64,000 nucleotides of DNA from Planctomycetota bacterium (GTDB lineage Bacteria > Planctomycetota > Planctomycetia > JALXBF01), in NCBI GenBank assembly GCA_026991575.1, contig JALXBF010000065.1, positions 62,001-126,000 on the forward strand. The letters run 5' to 3'. Position 1 is the first letter of the stretch, and the number at the start of each line of letters is the position of its first letter. Under the pieces are notes generated by a model. The model was not told the origin of the DNA. It saw only the letters and a program-made list of their open reading frames with translations, and did no database searches. A program made the position numbers and the translations under genes. Shown here in pieces: positions 26,875 to 36,979 of the stretch.

Positions 26875-28221
26875 TCAGGCGCCGGGCATGGCTACGGGGT
26901 AACGGCCTTCCTCGTCGGGTAGCACAGGCGGAGGTGTGTCCCAGTCCATGTGGTCGATGTCGGCAACAAGTTGCTCATCGGAATGGAACACTTCGTCCCA
27001 GGTTACCAGCTTGCCGCTGTGTGCCGCGATTCTGCCCATGATGGCTGTCATGCACGCATAGACGCACCGCTCGGTCTCGTTGTAGTCCTTGTTGTTTCGG
27101 ATAGCATCAACGAGCAGGTCCATCTCGACCTGATAGGGGTTGGGCTCAGGCCCCGTGTAGCGCCAGGCGATCTGCTTGCTGTCGAACTTGTATCCCTTGT
27201 AGATGACCGGATTGGGCCGGGCCAGGTTCTGCATGATGCGGGCACTCCGCCTGGTACCGTGGGCGTAGTCGGCGAACTCATTCCAGCAGCCGGCGATGTG
27301 CCGCCCCTGGGCAAAGAGCCGCGAGCCGTCGGCGAAGATGTACTCCACAGCGTAATGGTCCCACATCTGGTCTGGCTGTCGTCTCACCTGGCGGCCACCC
27401 TGGCCCTGGGCTGCCACCGGCCAGCTTCCCTTGGCCCAGCAGCAGACGTCGATGTTATGAATCAGCCAATCGACGAAGAAGCTGCCGTTCAGCCAGGTGA
27501 AGCAGCTGTAGTTACGGATCTGATGGGCCAGCTCATTCTCGCCAGGCCGTCTTGGCTTGAAGCCCACCGGCCCGTGCATGCGGTAGGTGCGTAGCAGGAT
27601 GACGTGGCCGATCTCACCGTCGTGGATCCGCCGGATGATCTCCTGCCGTGGGGCATCGTGCCGCCACATCAGGCCGCCCGCGATCTTGAGGCCTTTTTCC
27701 TGCGCTAGCCGCCCGGCACGCAGCACGCGGCGCAGCCCAGGCGGGTCAACCCCAAACGATTTTTCCATGAACACGTTCACGCCCCTCTTGACCGCGTACT
27801 CCACATGCACGGGGCGAAACGCCGGCGGGGTGGCCAACAGCACGACGTCGCTGGGGCCCAACAGGTCGATGGCCTTGCGATACGCGTCGAAGCCAAGAAA
27901 CTGGCGTTCTGGCGGCACGTCCACTTGCGGCCCGAAGCGCCTGGTCAGTGCCCGTAGGCTGGAGTTGAGGCGGTCACGGAAGACGTCGGCCATGGCCACG
28001 ACCTGCACAGGGCCTGAGGTTGACAGGATATTGGCTGCGGCCCCGGTACCACGACCGCCGCAGCCAACGAGCGCGACCCTGATAACGTTTTGCTCGTGGA
28101 TGTACCCCGGGCCTCGAGCCAGCAGGGGTCGGGTAGCAGCGGCTGCGGCGACTGCCGCGGAGGCTCGGCTCAAGAATTCGCGGCGAGACGACCGGGGATC
28201 GAAACGGTTTTTCTCAGCCAT
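26875..28221 (-). CDS. Tat-exported Gfo/Idh/MocA family oxidoreductase
   Basis: SRREFL Tat motif, ALVGCGGRGTGA, ATPPAFRP, MEKS, IHNID; clear paralogue of 1170-2492. Confidence 0.9.
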   Translation of the reverse strand: MAEKNRFDPRSSRREFLSRASAAVAAAAATRPLLARGPGYIHEQNVIRVALVGCGGRGTGAAANILSTSGPVQVVAMADVFRDRLNSSLRALTRRFGPQVDVPPERQFLGFDAYRKAIDLLGPSDVVLLATPPAFRPVHVEYAVKRGVNVFMEKSFGVDPPGLRRVLRAGRLAQEKGLKIAGGLMWRHDAPRQEIIRRIHDGEIGHVILLRTYRMHGPVGFKPRRPGENELAHQIRNYSCFTWLNGSFFVDWLIHNIDVCCWAKGSWPVAAQGQGGRQVRRQPDQMWDHYAVEYIFADGSRLFAQGRHIAGCWNEFADYAHGTRRSARIMQNLARPNPVIYKGYKFDSKQIAWRYTGPEPNPYQVEMDLLVDAIRNNKDYNETERCVYACMTAIMGRIAAHSGKLVTWDEVFHSDEQLVADIDHMDWDTPPPVLPDEEGRYPVAMPGA

Positions 28222-28244
28222 GGTGGGCCTCCGGCGTGAGAGTG

Positions 28245-29117
28245 TCAGGAACCTGGCTTCAGGTGGGCTGGCTCAGGGGATTGCTCAAGGTCACGAATCA
28301 GTCGGCTCAGGTAGGCAAAGCTCTGCTCCGCCTGATCGACCGTGCCGCATTCGACGCTGAGGACGATGTCCCGTGGCGCTTTCCGGCAGAGCCGCACGAC
28401 GGCTTGCCAGTCGATGACCCCGTCGCCGCAGGCACAGCCAACCGGTGTACCCGTCACGCGACCGCGTTCAGCTTCCGCCTGGGCCTGAGAGATGTCCTTG
28501 GCGTGGACGTGGACGAGCCTGGGCAGGACGTGTTCGAGCCAGGCGATCGGGTCCTGACCGGACAGGTAAGCATTGCCGGTGTCGAAGTTGATGCCGACAA
28601 CGGGTGCAGGCACAAGGTTGATGATCTCATCGAGTCCCCCGGGCGTGCGGCTGTACTGTTGGTGCGGTTCCAGGCCGATGAGAATGCCGCGTCGTTCAGC
28701 GACGGCGACCACTTCGGTGAGCACGTACTTCATGAGTACGAAGTCTTCGTCGCGCGTGGTCCAGCTCGGCTTGGGGCCTTCGTCCGTGTTGACCACCGGG
28801 GCGCCGCATTCGGCCGCGAAGCGGACCGCCAGTTTGAGCGATTCGGTGCTGACTTCTGGTTTGCACAGCGGCATGTGGGCGGATAGCCCCGAGATGCGCA
28901 CGCCGGCACGTTCGCAAATGCGGGCGATTCGGAGCGGATCGTCAAAGAGCGAGATCGAGTGAAAGTAGCCGGCTTCGCTGAGGAGTTCTCGGCCGAAGTG
29001 GACCATGGGCTCGACGAACTCATAGCCGATCTCGGCCGCTTTCTCCACTCCCCATTCAAACGGCTTGTCCGCGTGCCGCACGAATTCGAGGTTAATGCCC
29101 AGCCGCACACGCCCCAT
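28245..29117 (-). CDS. Sugar-phosphate isomerase/epimerase (xylose-isomerase-like TIM barrel)
   Basis: Intact metal motifs GLEPH, NFDTGN, HVHAKD, LSVE. Confidence 0.88.
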   Translation of the reverse strand: MGRVRLGINLEFVRHADKPFEWGVEKAAEIGYEFVEPMVHFGRELLSEAGYFHSISLFDDPLRIARICERAGVRISGLSAHMPLCKPEVSTESLKLAVRFAAECGAPVVNTDEGPKPSWTTRDEDFVLMKYVLTEVVAVAERRGILIGLEPHQQYSRTPGGLDEIINLVPAPVVGINFDTGNAYLSGQDPIAWLEHVLPRLVHVHAKDISQAQAEAERGRVTGTPVGCACGDGVIDWQAVVRLCRKAPRDIVLSVECGTVDQAEQSFAYLSRLIRDLEQSPEPAHLKPGS

Positions 29118-29184
29118 GAGAGCGGCTCCTGCTGGCGGGTTGGTCCCGGGCCGGTCACGGCGGGATAGTCGCTAATGCGTAGTC

Positions 29185-29212
29185 ATTTTATTAACTTTAG
29201 CGCCCGGCGCCA
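29185..29212 (-). promoter_or_regulatory. Possible promoter TTGCGC-16-TAAAAT for the isomerase/oxidoreductase pair
   Basis: AT-rich patch about 70 bp upstream of the ATG, flanked by GCTAA...TTAGC inverted ends. Confidence 0.4.
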
Positions 29213-29801
29213 ACCTCCGGCACGGTGCGACACCGCGGCGGTGTTCGGCAATGGATGGCCTGACGGTGACAGGAGGGCACCATGGTGGCTGGAGGTGCGT
29301 GTGGGATCGGCCTGCCCAGGGGCCGTGGGCAGGCAGCCGGGGGGCCTCACCTTCCGGCGGCAAGGTTGCATCGGGGGCGTCCGCGCGGCGGCGTTGCTCT
29401 TCTTCATTCCCGACGTCACGCCCACAACCGCTGCGTTGGAATGGCAAGTTCAGCCGTCGGTGCCCGCACGATCGTCAGGCGGATTCCGCCGCCCGATGCC
29501 AGGTGAGTGTCCGGACGCTCGGCACAGCGCGAGTGCGGCTTTTGGGGCGGAACGTTCCGGGACAAAGGGGGGACTCACGTAACACTGCCGACGCCATGCA
29601 ATCAACCTTGCAGGCGGGGGATGTGAAGCCCCATGCCGGCCCAGCCAGGCGAGCTATCACACCGAAGCACCTTTCCCCCGTGGTACGGTTTGGACCGTCG
29701 GCGAAACATCGCCGCAGGCCCCCGGCGAGCTACTCGGCGCCATGCCGTTCGGTGATCTGCAGTAGTTGGGCTTGAATTGGTCTTGCCGGTCCATGTCCGC
29801 C

Positions 29802-29830
29802 TTGACCCGGGTCACGGGACTGGCTAGAAG
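29802..29830 (+). promoter_or_regulatory. Possible promoter TTGACC-17-TAGAAG with 12-bp palindrome TGACCCGGGTCA (29803-29814)
   Basis: Read directly upstream of the HDOD kinase; GGAGGAG RBS follows. Confidence 0.4.
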
Positions 29831-29884
29831 GACAGGGCAAGATCACGTCGCCCGAGGCGCAGCCGCTCACGGAGGAGCGAGAAC

Positions 29885-31930
29885 GTGAAGCAGGTCGATA
29901 TTCTAGACCGCGTGCTGTCGCTGGAAGAACTGCCGATGCGGCCGGAAACGGCGGCCCAGCTACTGGCTTTCCACGATGAGCTTGTCGATGGCTACCGTCT
30001 ACGCCGCCTGCTGGCCGCTGATCCGGCGCTTCTCTTCTGCGCGGCCCGCCTCAGCGGGGCTCATGCCGCTGACCGCGTGCCGACGATTGACGAGTTGGCA
30101 CGCGTCGCACGCACATCCGCTTTCTGGCGGCACCTGGCCGGCGTGGTCAGCGTCTACCGGCCCAACAAGTCGGGACACCTGCCACTGGTCCGAGCGTGGC
30201 GATTCAGCTTGGCTACCGCATCGGCTGCCCGCGCCCTGATCCGGCCGGAGGCTCACGAGTCGTCTGCCCGAGCGTTTACGGCCGGCTGGTACCGCACACT
30301 CGGTGCCTACGTGCTGGCGGTGCTTGAGGGGGAGCGCTGGGAGGAGCTGCGGAGCCAGGCACTGTCGTACGAACACCTCCTGGAGCTAGAAAAGGAGACG
30401 TTCGGGCTCAGTCAGCACGAACTGGCCATCCACCTGCTGGTTCACTGGGGGCTGAGTGTCGAACCGTTGGTTGAGATGAGACGCAGGGCCAATGGCAACG
30501 GTCAGCACACGTCGTTGTCGCAGCTGACTGCCGATGCCATCCGACTCGTGCAGGATACGCCCCTAGCTCTGTGTGCCTGTCCGCTTCCGGCGGATGCCCG
30601 TCGACTCCAGGAGCTTGCGTGGTTGGAGCGTGCCGTAGCGCAGGTTGAGCAGTTCTTGACCGAGCCACGCCGTGGGCGGGTCGGTGACCGTGGCGACTGG
30701 CTCGTCCGTGGCGCGCGTCTGGCGGCTGATGCTGTGGCCCGCCGCACCGCCTCAGCATGGCGTGTCCATCTGGAACGTGCTGCGAGGGGCGGAACGGAGG
30801 AGCGCTTTCCCGCCGACCTGGCCCGTGCCGTGGCGCAGGCGCTGCGTGAGGCGGCGTCGGTGGATGTTGTCTGTGCGGTTGCTCTTGCCCGCGAGGGGCG
30901 CAGTTCGGTGGCGATAGCGCCCAGTGCCGGATCGGTGCGCATCCACCATGTCTCGTCCGTGCTCGACAATCACTCACGCCTGCGCGCCGTGCTCAGCTCC
31001 ATTCGCTGCTATCCCAGCAAGCACGGCTGGATTGAACGCAACCTGCTGCACCAACCGCACGCTACCGTGCTCGTTCTCCTCGATGCCAACGCTGCGGCAG
31101 TCGTGGGCCAACTTGGCGACGTGCTGCGTGAGCTCGCGCACTGTGCGCAAGCGGCCGTTGCGAGGTACCACGAGGAGAAGCAGCGGCGCGAGGTCCTGTG
31201 CGACCTCCACGAAGCACAGGCGACGGCGAGTCGCATCATTGAGGAGCGGGTCTTGGAGGCGATCGGTGAGTTTGCCGCGGGAGCGGCTCACGAGTTGAAC
31301 AATCGCATCGCCGTCATACGGGGCCGTGCTCAGCTGCTGCTGGAGGGTGAGCAGGAGGCGGCACGGCTGAGGGCTCTGGAGACCATTTTGCAGGAAACCC
31401 GCCGCGTCCGCGAGATCTTGCAGAAGCTCTACGACCTGGCACAGCCGGCCGAACCAGAATTCGAACGCGTGGAGCCGCTCGAAGTGGTGCATGAGGCTGT
31501 TGATCGCTTGAGACGAGAGCTTACCGGCGCAGGCGAGTGCTGTGTCGAAATCGAAGCCGCTGACCAGGCACTCCGCGTGCAGGCGGACCCGGAGATGTTG
31601 CGGGAGGCACTCTATGAGCTGATCCGCAACGCGGTTGAAGCGGGCCAGGGACCGGTGCGTATCGCAGTGCGCGCCACGGCGCGTAACGCGGTTGTGGTGC
31701 GCATCATGAACCAGGCCACCATGGACCAGCGTCTTCAGCGGCTAGCATGGGTGCCGTTCTACTCGGGCCGCGAGGCTGGTCGCGGTGTCGGACTGGGCCT
31801 GCCGCTGGCACGGCGGTTGGTCGAGGCTCAGGGGGGGCGACTGCGCCTGTACTCGGCCGCCGCGGGTACCGTTGTCGACGTCATCTTGCCGATGCCGCCC
31901 GCCTCAGGCGGGCAGAGACGGTGTGCGTGA
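29885..31930 (+). CDS. HDOD-domain sensor histidine kinase (cytoplasmic, orphan)
   Basis: HDOD-like segments LPMRP..ADPAL..AFTAG..LG..ELEKETFGLSQHELA..HWGL; H box AHELNN, N box ELIRNAVEA, G2 box GRGVGLGL. Confidence 0.8.
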   Translation: MKQVDILDRVLSLEELPMRPETAAQLLAFHDELVDGYRLRRLLAADPALLFCAARLSGAHAADRVPTIDELARVARTSAFWRHLAGVVSVYRPNKSGHLPLVRAWRFSLATASAARALIRPEAHESSARAFTAGWYRTLGAYVLAVLEGERWEELRSQALSYEHLLELEKETFGLSQHELAIHLLVHWGLSVEPLVEMRRRANGNGQHTSLSQLTADAIRLVQDTPLALCACPLPADARRLQELAWLERAVAQVEQFLTEPRRGRVGDRGDWLVRGARLAADAVARRTASAWRVHLERAARGGTEERFPADLARAVAQALREAASVDVVCAVALAREGRSSVAIAPSAGSVRIHHVSSVLDNHSRLRAVLSSIRCYPSKHGWIERNLLHQPHATVLVLLDANAAAVVGQLGDVLRELAHCAQAAVARYHEEKQRREVLCDLHEAQATASRIIEERVLEAIGEFAAGAAHELNNRIAVIRGRAQLLLEGEQEAARLRALETILQETRRVREILQKLYDLAQPAEPEFERVEPLEVVHEAVDRLRRELTGAGECCVEIEAADQALRVQADPEMLREALYELIRNAVEAGQGPVRIAVRATARNAVVVRIMNQATMDQRLQRLAWVPFYSGREAGRGVGLGLPLARRLVEAQGGRLRLYSAAAGTVVDVILPMPPASGGQRRCA

Positions 31931-31935
31931 GGGGG

Positions 31936-33093
31936 CTAGTGGGTGTGGGATCTATCCGGGCCGGTTCCGGCCAGGACGGCCCGGAACAGCTCCAGATGGC
32001 GGCGCGCGGCGGCCTGCAGCGCAAAACACTGCTCCACCCGTTGCCGTACCGCCACGCTCAGCTCCGGCCATCGCCGCCGTGCCCGAAGCGCCTCAATGAG
32101 CACGGCAGCCAACCGCTCCGCACGACGGCTCTCAAAAACCCAGCCCACCGCGTCCTGCTGGCCCACCACTTCCAGATTGCCCGCTATCGCGCTGACCACC
32201 GGCACAACGCCGCATGCCATCGCCTCGAGCAACGCGATGCTGATCCCCTCGAAGTGGCTGGGCAGCACGAACAGATCCAGCGCGTGCAGTATCTCCGCAG
32301 GTCGCCTGACCTCACCAAGGTAGCACACCCCGGGCAACGCAGTGAGCCGTTGGGCCCACTTGCTGGAGGCCGGACCCCCGGCTACCAGAAGCATCGCGTC
32401 TGGCACCGTCTGCTTGACCGCTGGCCACGCCGCGATCAACTCCTCGATCCCTTTCTCCGGGGACAGCCTACCGACGTAGCCCACGATCGGTCCGGCCACG
32501 GCCAGCCGCGACCGCGCAGAAGCGCGCTCCTCTGCTGTGGGGGGGCGGTACGTGCGACAGCAGACCGCGTTGCGAATCAGGTGGAGTCTTGTTGCCGGAT
32601 AGCCGGCCTCCACCAGCTCCTCATGCACGAGACGGCTGGGGGCGACGATCGCGTCGGCCGCCAAGCAGGCTCGCCGAATCCGCTCGCCCAGCAGTGCCTG
32701 CCGCTGCCAGGCCACGTCCCCAGTGGCTCCCGCCCCCTCGGCCCGCAGCACGACCGGACGCTCCAGGGATTGCCGCACGCTGATGGCTGCCCAGGCCTGA
32801 TGCTTCAGCATGGAAACGTAGACAATGTCGGTCTTGTCCCGGTGTCGGACAAGATAGCGGCGTAACGCGAGCACGTAACGTGCCGTGCCGACGAAGCGAA
32901 CCGCAGGCAGGGGCAGACGGGTGACCGGTATGCCATCGACCGTCTCGTGCGCGGGCCAGTTCGGATCGTAGCGAGCCGCAACCACGTGCACGTCACAACC
33001 GTGGTGAGCCCACTCGCCGGCCAGTGCCCGCAGCACGGACTCCGCACCGCCCACCAGCGGGTAGAACCGTTGTGTCACCAACGTGATTCGCAT
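31936..33093 (-). CDS. Glycosyltransferase family 4 (GT-B)
   Basis: MRITLV..FYPLVGGAE, YVGRLSPEKG, FVLPSHFEGISIALLEAMACG. The ATG overlaps the mfd stop (TGATG). Confidence 0.9.
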   Translation of the reverse strand: MRITLVTQRFYPLVGGAESVLRALAGEWAHHGCDVHVVAARYDPNWPAHETVDGIPVTRLPLPAVRFVGTARYVLALRRYLVRHRDKTDIVYVSMLKHQAWAAISVRQSLERPVVLRAEGAGATGDVAWQRQALLGERIRRACLAADAIVAPSRLVHEELVEAGYPATRLHLIRNAVCCRTYRPPTAEERASARSRLAVAGPIVGYVGRLSPEKGIEELIAAWPAVKQTVPDAMLLVAGGPASSKWAQRLTALPGVCYLGEVRRPAEILHALDLFVLPSHFEGISIALLEAMACGVVPVVSAIAGNLEVVGQQDAVGWVFESRRAERLAAVLIEALRARRRWPELSVAVRQRVEQCFALQAAARRHLELFRAVLAGTGPDRSHTH

Positions 33094-36000
33094 CAGGCCG
33101 CCTGCACCGGCTCGCTGCCCGGTGCCATCAACACCATGAGCTGTTGCACAAGCTGAGTTGTGCTCGTTTCTTGCTCCACGGGCAAGTAGCCGGTCGTGTC
33201 GTCGGTCAGCCGAAGCCGGTTCTTCAGCCGTTTTTGCAGGGCTCGTTGTCCGGCGACGGTGGCAAACGAGAAGATGACGTACCCGTCGTGCAGCCGGATG
33301 CGCTGGATCGACCATGGCTGCGCAAGGATCCGAAGCCGGGCGGCCTGCAGCAAGTTACGGACCGGTCCGGGCAGCGGTCCGAAGCGGTCCTTAATCTCCG
33401 CTTCCAGATCGTCGACATCGGCCAGGGTGCGGAGTTGGCCGAGCTTGCGGTACAGCTCGATCCGTTGCCGGTGAGCCGGCACGTACTGCTCCGGCAGGTA
33501 CGTCTTCCAGGGTAAGTCGATGACGACGGGAATCCACTGAGGGGCCGGCTCGTTTTTCAGTTCGCGCACGGCCTGCTCCAGCAACTGGCAGTATAGCTCG
33601 TAGCCGACGGCCGCAATGTGGCCACTTTGCTGCGGACCCAAGATGTTGCCCGCACCCCGGATCTCCAGATCACGCAGCGCGAGCTTGAAGCCGGCACCGA
33701 GTTCGTTGAACTCTTCGATTGCTTTCAGTCGCTGGCGAGCATCCTCTGTCATCGCCCGCGATGGGTCGACCAGCAGGTAGGCGTAGGCACGGTGCTTGTA
33801 CCGACCGACGCGGCCGCGGAGCTGGTGTAGGTCAGCAAGGCCAAAGCGATCGGCATCGTTGATGAACAGCGTGTTCGCTGTGGGGATATCCAGTCCGTTC
33901 TCGATGATCGTCGTGGCTACAAGCACGTCGAACTTGCGATCAAAGAAGTCGATCATGGTCGCTTCCAGTTCCTGCGGCGGCATGCGGCCGTGGGCGTAGC
34001 GGACAATCGCTTCCGGTACAAGCTGCTGGATCCTCCGGGCGATCTCGTGAATGTTGTAGACCCGGTTGTGCACGAACAGGACCTGCCCGTCGCGGTTGAG
34101 CTCACGCAGGATCGCGTTACGGATCAGGTCGTCGTCCCACCGGCAAATGTGCGTCTCGACCGCTGTACGGCCCAGCGGCGGCGTCTCCAGTACCGAGATG
34201 TCCCGGATGCCCAGCAAAGCCATATGTAGCGTGCGCGGGATCGGTGTGGCCGTCAGCGTGAGCACGTCGACCATGGCGCGCATCGACTTCAGACGCTCCT
34301 TATGCGCCACGCCAAAACGCTGCTCCTCATCGATGATCACCAATCCCAGGTCATGGAACTCGACGTCGGGCTGCAGTAGCCGGTGCGTGCCGATGATGAT
34401 GTCGACGGTGCCCTGCTTCAGTCGCTCCAACACGTCGCGCTGTTCGGCCTTCGACTTGAACCGGCTCAGCACCTCAATCTCAAACGGGAACGCGGCAAAG
34501 CGTTCCGTGAACGTGCGGTAGTGCTGCTCGGCCAATACCGTGGTAGGCACCAGCACGGCGACCTGCTTGCCGTGATCGACCACCTTGAACGCGGCGCGCA
34601 TGGCTAGTTCGGTTTTCCCGAAGCCTACGTCGCCGCAAAGCAGCCGGTCCATCGGCCGCGGCTGCGCCATGTCCTGCTTGATCTCGGCCATCACCCGCAG
34701 CTGATCGGGCGTTTCCTGAAATGGGAACGACGCCTCGAACTCAGCCTGCCATTCACTCTCCTGTGCGTAGCTGAAGCCCGGCCGGCTCAACCGCAGGGCT
34801 TGCAGCCGCAGCAGTTCGGCCGCCAGATCACGCACGGCCTCGGCCACCTGTTGCTTGCGCCGTTGCCACGTCGTGCCGCCGAGGCGCGACAGTGGTGGCT
34901 CCTGGCCTTTGCCGCCGACGTACTTCTGCACCAGATCAATCCGCGACGCCGGCACCAGAACCCGCGTGCCGCCGGCGAACTCCAGAACCAGATGCTCCTC
35001 CAACGTGCCGTGTCGCTCGCAGAGCTCCATGCCGCGGTAACGGGCGATGCCGTGCGCAACGTGCACCACATAGTCGCCTTCGCGCAGGTCAAGGAAGCTT
35101 TCGATGACGCGACTCTCGTAGCCACGTCGCGGGACAGGCCGTTTCAGCGACCGGCGCTGCAGGAGCTCGTTGTCGCTGAGCACCAGCAGACGCTTGCCGC
35201 TGACCGGAGCCCGACGAGACCGCCGTCGAGACGGTTGCTCGGGTAGAACCAATCGAAAGCCTGCCCGGACGGAGCCGACATCGAGCGTGAGCCGACCAGT
35301 CCGCAGCAGGGGACTGTCGCCGAAGATTTCCTGCAGCCGCGTCCGCTCAGCTTCGTTGTGGCAGGCGATCAAGACCGAAGTATCCTCGTCGACCAGTGCT
35401 TCCAGCTCCGCGCGAATCTGGCCTGCCCGCGACGTGAACCGCTGCACCGACTCGGTCCGCAGCGCCCAGGTGTTCTCCGAGCCGGGCCCTGGCATGCTGG
35501 AGATCGTGACCGTGGCGAATTGCGTTTGCAGCCGGGCGACGACATCCTCGAAGAGGAAGTGGCCCTTCAGGTCGGCCAGTCGATAAAGGTAGGCTTGCGC
35601 CTGGCGACGCAGCTCGAACGGCTCGATCAACAACCACCAGGTTGATTCGGGCCAGAATTCTGCAAGGTGCCCCGTCCACTGGTCCGGCGCCGCCTTCCCC
35701 GATACCGACTGAACCGTTGCCTGCTCGGCCGTTCCGCAGCTCCGCTGGGTTTCTGGGTCGAAGTATCTCAGCGACTCGATCTCATCGCCAAAGAACTCGA
35801 TCCGAAGCGGCTCGGTGGCGTTTGGTGAAAAGACATCGATGATGCCGCCGCGCACAGTGAACTCGCCGGGTAGTTCGACGACCTCGCTTCTGCTATAACC
35901 GCCCCGCTCCAGCCACTCGATGAGCCGTTCCATGGGCAGCTCCTCACCGACGCGCAGCGTCAGTTGGGCGTCACGGAGCTGCTGGGCACGGGGCACTGGT

Positions 36001-36431
36001 TGCAACAACGCCTGCACAGGCGTTAGCAGGACCTTGGGGAAGTCTCCGCGGGCCAGTCGGGTGAGGATTCGGAGGCGAGCGGCAAGGAGTTCGTCGCGTG
36101 CCTGCGGGAGGCGGCGTCGATTGCCCTCCCAGGCAGGGAACTGTTCGGCGCGCACGTCGGCAAAGCTCGCCAGGTCCTCGGCAAACTCGTCCAGGTCGGC
36201 GACATGGGGCAGAACAACGACCAGAGACCCGGGTGCGTGCTGCAGGAGGGCAGCGGTGACCAGCGCGCTGGCCGAGCCCCAGACGCCCTCGATCGCACCG
36301 GTGGTACCGGGAGCAAGCCGGCTGGCAAGCATGCTGCATGGCGGCTGCGCAGCCAACCAGCGCGCCAAGGCTCGCAGGGTCAACGGCGTCGGTGGCTTCT
36401 CGGGTTGCGCTTTCGAATGTGCCACAGCCAC
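33093..36431 (-). CDS. mfd: Transcription-repair coupling factor
   Basis: UvrB-homology segment PGEFTVRGGIIDVF, RID segment GDYVVHVAHGIARY, CGDVGFGKTE, IIDEEQRFG, TATPIPRT, QLRGRVGR, DLEIRGAGN, TRCF C-terminus. Confidence 0.97.
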   Translation of the reverse strand: MAVAHSKAQPEKPPTPLTLRALARWLAAQPPCSMLASRLAPGTTGAIEGVWGSASALVTAALLQHAPGSLVVVLPHVADLDEFAEDLASFADVRAEQFPAWEGNRRRLPQARDELLAARLRILTRLARGDFPKVLLTPVQALLQPVPRAQQLRDAQLTLRVGEELPMERLIEWLERGGYSRSEVVELPGEFTVRGGIIDVFSPNATEPLRIEFFGDEIESLRYFDPETQRSCGTAEQATVQSVSGKAAPDQWTGHLAEFWPESTWWLLIEPFELRRQAQAYLYRLADLKGHFLFEDVVARLQTQFATVTISSMPGPGSENTWALRTESVQRFTSRAGQIRAELEALVDEDTSVLIACHNEAERTRLQEIFGDSPLLRTGRLTLDVGSVRAGFRLVLPEQPSRRRSRRAPVSGKRLLVLSDNELLQRRSLKRPVPRRGYESRVIESFLDLREGDYVVHVAHGIARYRGMELCERHGTLEEHLVLEFAGGTRVLVPASRIDLVQKYVGGKGQEPPLSRLGGTTWQRRKQQVAEAVRDLAAELLRLQALRLSRPGFSYAQESEWQAEFEASFPFQETPDQLRVMAEIKQDMAQPRPMDRLLCGDVGFGKTELAMRAAFKVVDHGKQVAVLVPTTVLAEQHYRTFTERFAAFPFEIEVLSRFKSKAEQRDVLERLKQGTVDIIIGTHRLLQPDVEFHDLGLVIIDEEQRFGVAHKERLKSMRAMVDVLTLTATPIPRTLHMALLGIRDISVLETPPLGRTAVETHICRWDDDLIRNAILRELNRDGQVLFVHNRVYNIHEIARRIQQLVPEAIVRYAHGRMPPQELEATMIDFFDRKFDVLVATTIIENGLDIPTANTLFINDADRFGLADLHQLRGRVGRYKHRAYAYLLVDPSRAMTEDARQRLKAIEEFNELGAGFKLALRDLEIRGAGNILGPQQSGHIAAVGYELYCQLLEQAVRELKNEPAPQWIPVVIDLPWKTYLPEQYVPAHRQRIELYRKLGQLRTLADVDDLEAEIKDRFGPLPGPVRNLLQAARLRILAQPWSIQRIRLHDGYVIFSFATVAGQRALQKRLKNRLRLTDDTTGYLPVEQETSTTQLVQQLMVLMAPGSEPVQAA

Positions 36432-36979
36432 GGCTTCATCCTCGCCGTCCCTGGCTGCTTCGTTGACCGGTTTCGGACGGGTTGGTTCACGCAGAACCCG
36501 CGTCCTGCCGCTTGCTCGGATCGCCGCTCAGAAGCGGCCGCGGTCGCCGCCTCGTCGGTTTGGCCGTCGCCGGAAGAGCACCTCAAATTCTACGGCACGG
36601 CTTCGATCTCCGAAGCAACCAGCCCCGGCACCGCTTCAGTCCGGCCGCCAGCCACCGCGGGTCGCTACCGACGGAGAACCGTCTGCGCGGCCGTGCACGC
36701 AAGCCAGGGCCCCAACTGCCCGTTGAGGGCGTGCCGGGCTCGCACGACCGTGGGCCCCATGCCCGCGAGCCAGAGCACAGCCGCCCCATCACGCGGCGTC
36801 AGACGGCTCTGTAGCGTCACGACGGTCGCCTGTCGGGGCCGATCACCTATCCCGGACGACCACGCGTACGCTCGATTGCGAGTCAGCGAAAGCATAGGAT
36901 ATGTTTGGGCTGGTTGGGTGGTTACGCCCACGGGGCTCATGCCAGACCGGTGAAAGGGTTGAGGCGTGAGGACGAGAGC

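Noticed and set aside
36485..36497. GTTC-N5-GAAC upstream of mfd as a second SOS box
   Set aside because: Orientation and spacing differ from the imuA palindrome, and the match is short enough to arise by chance.
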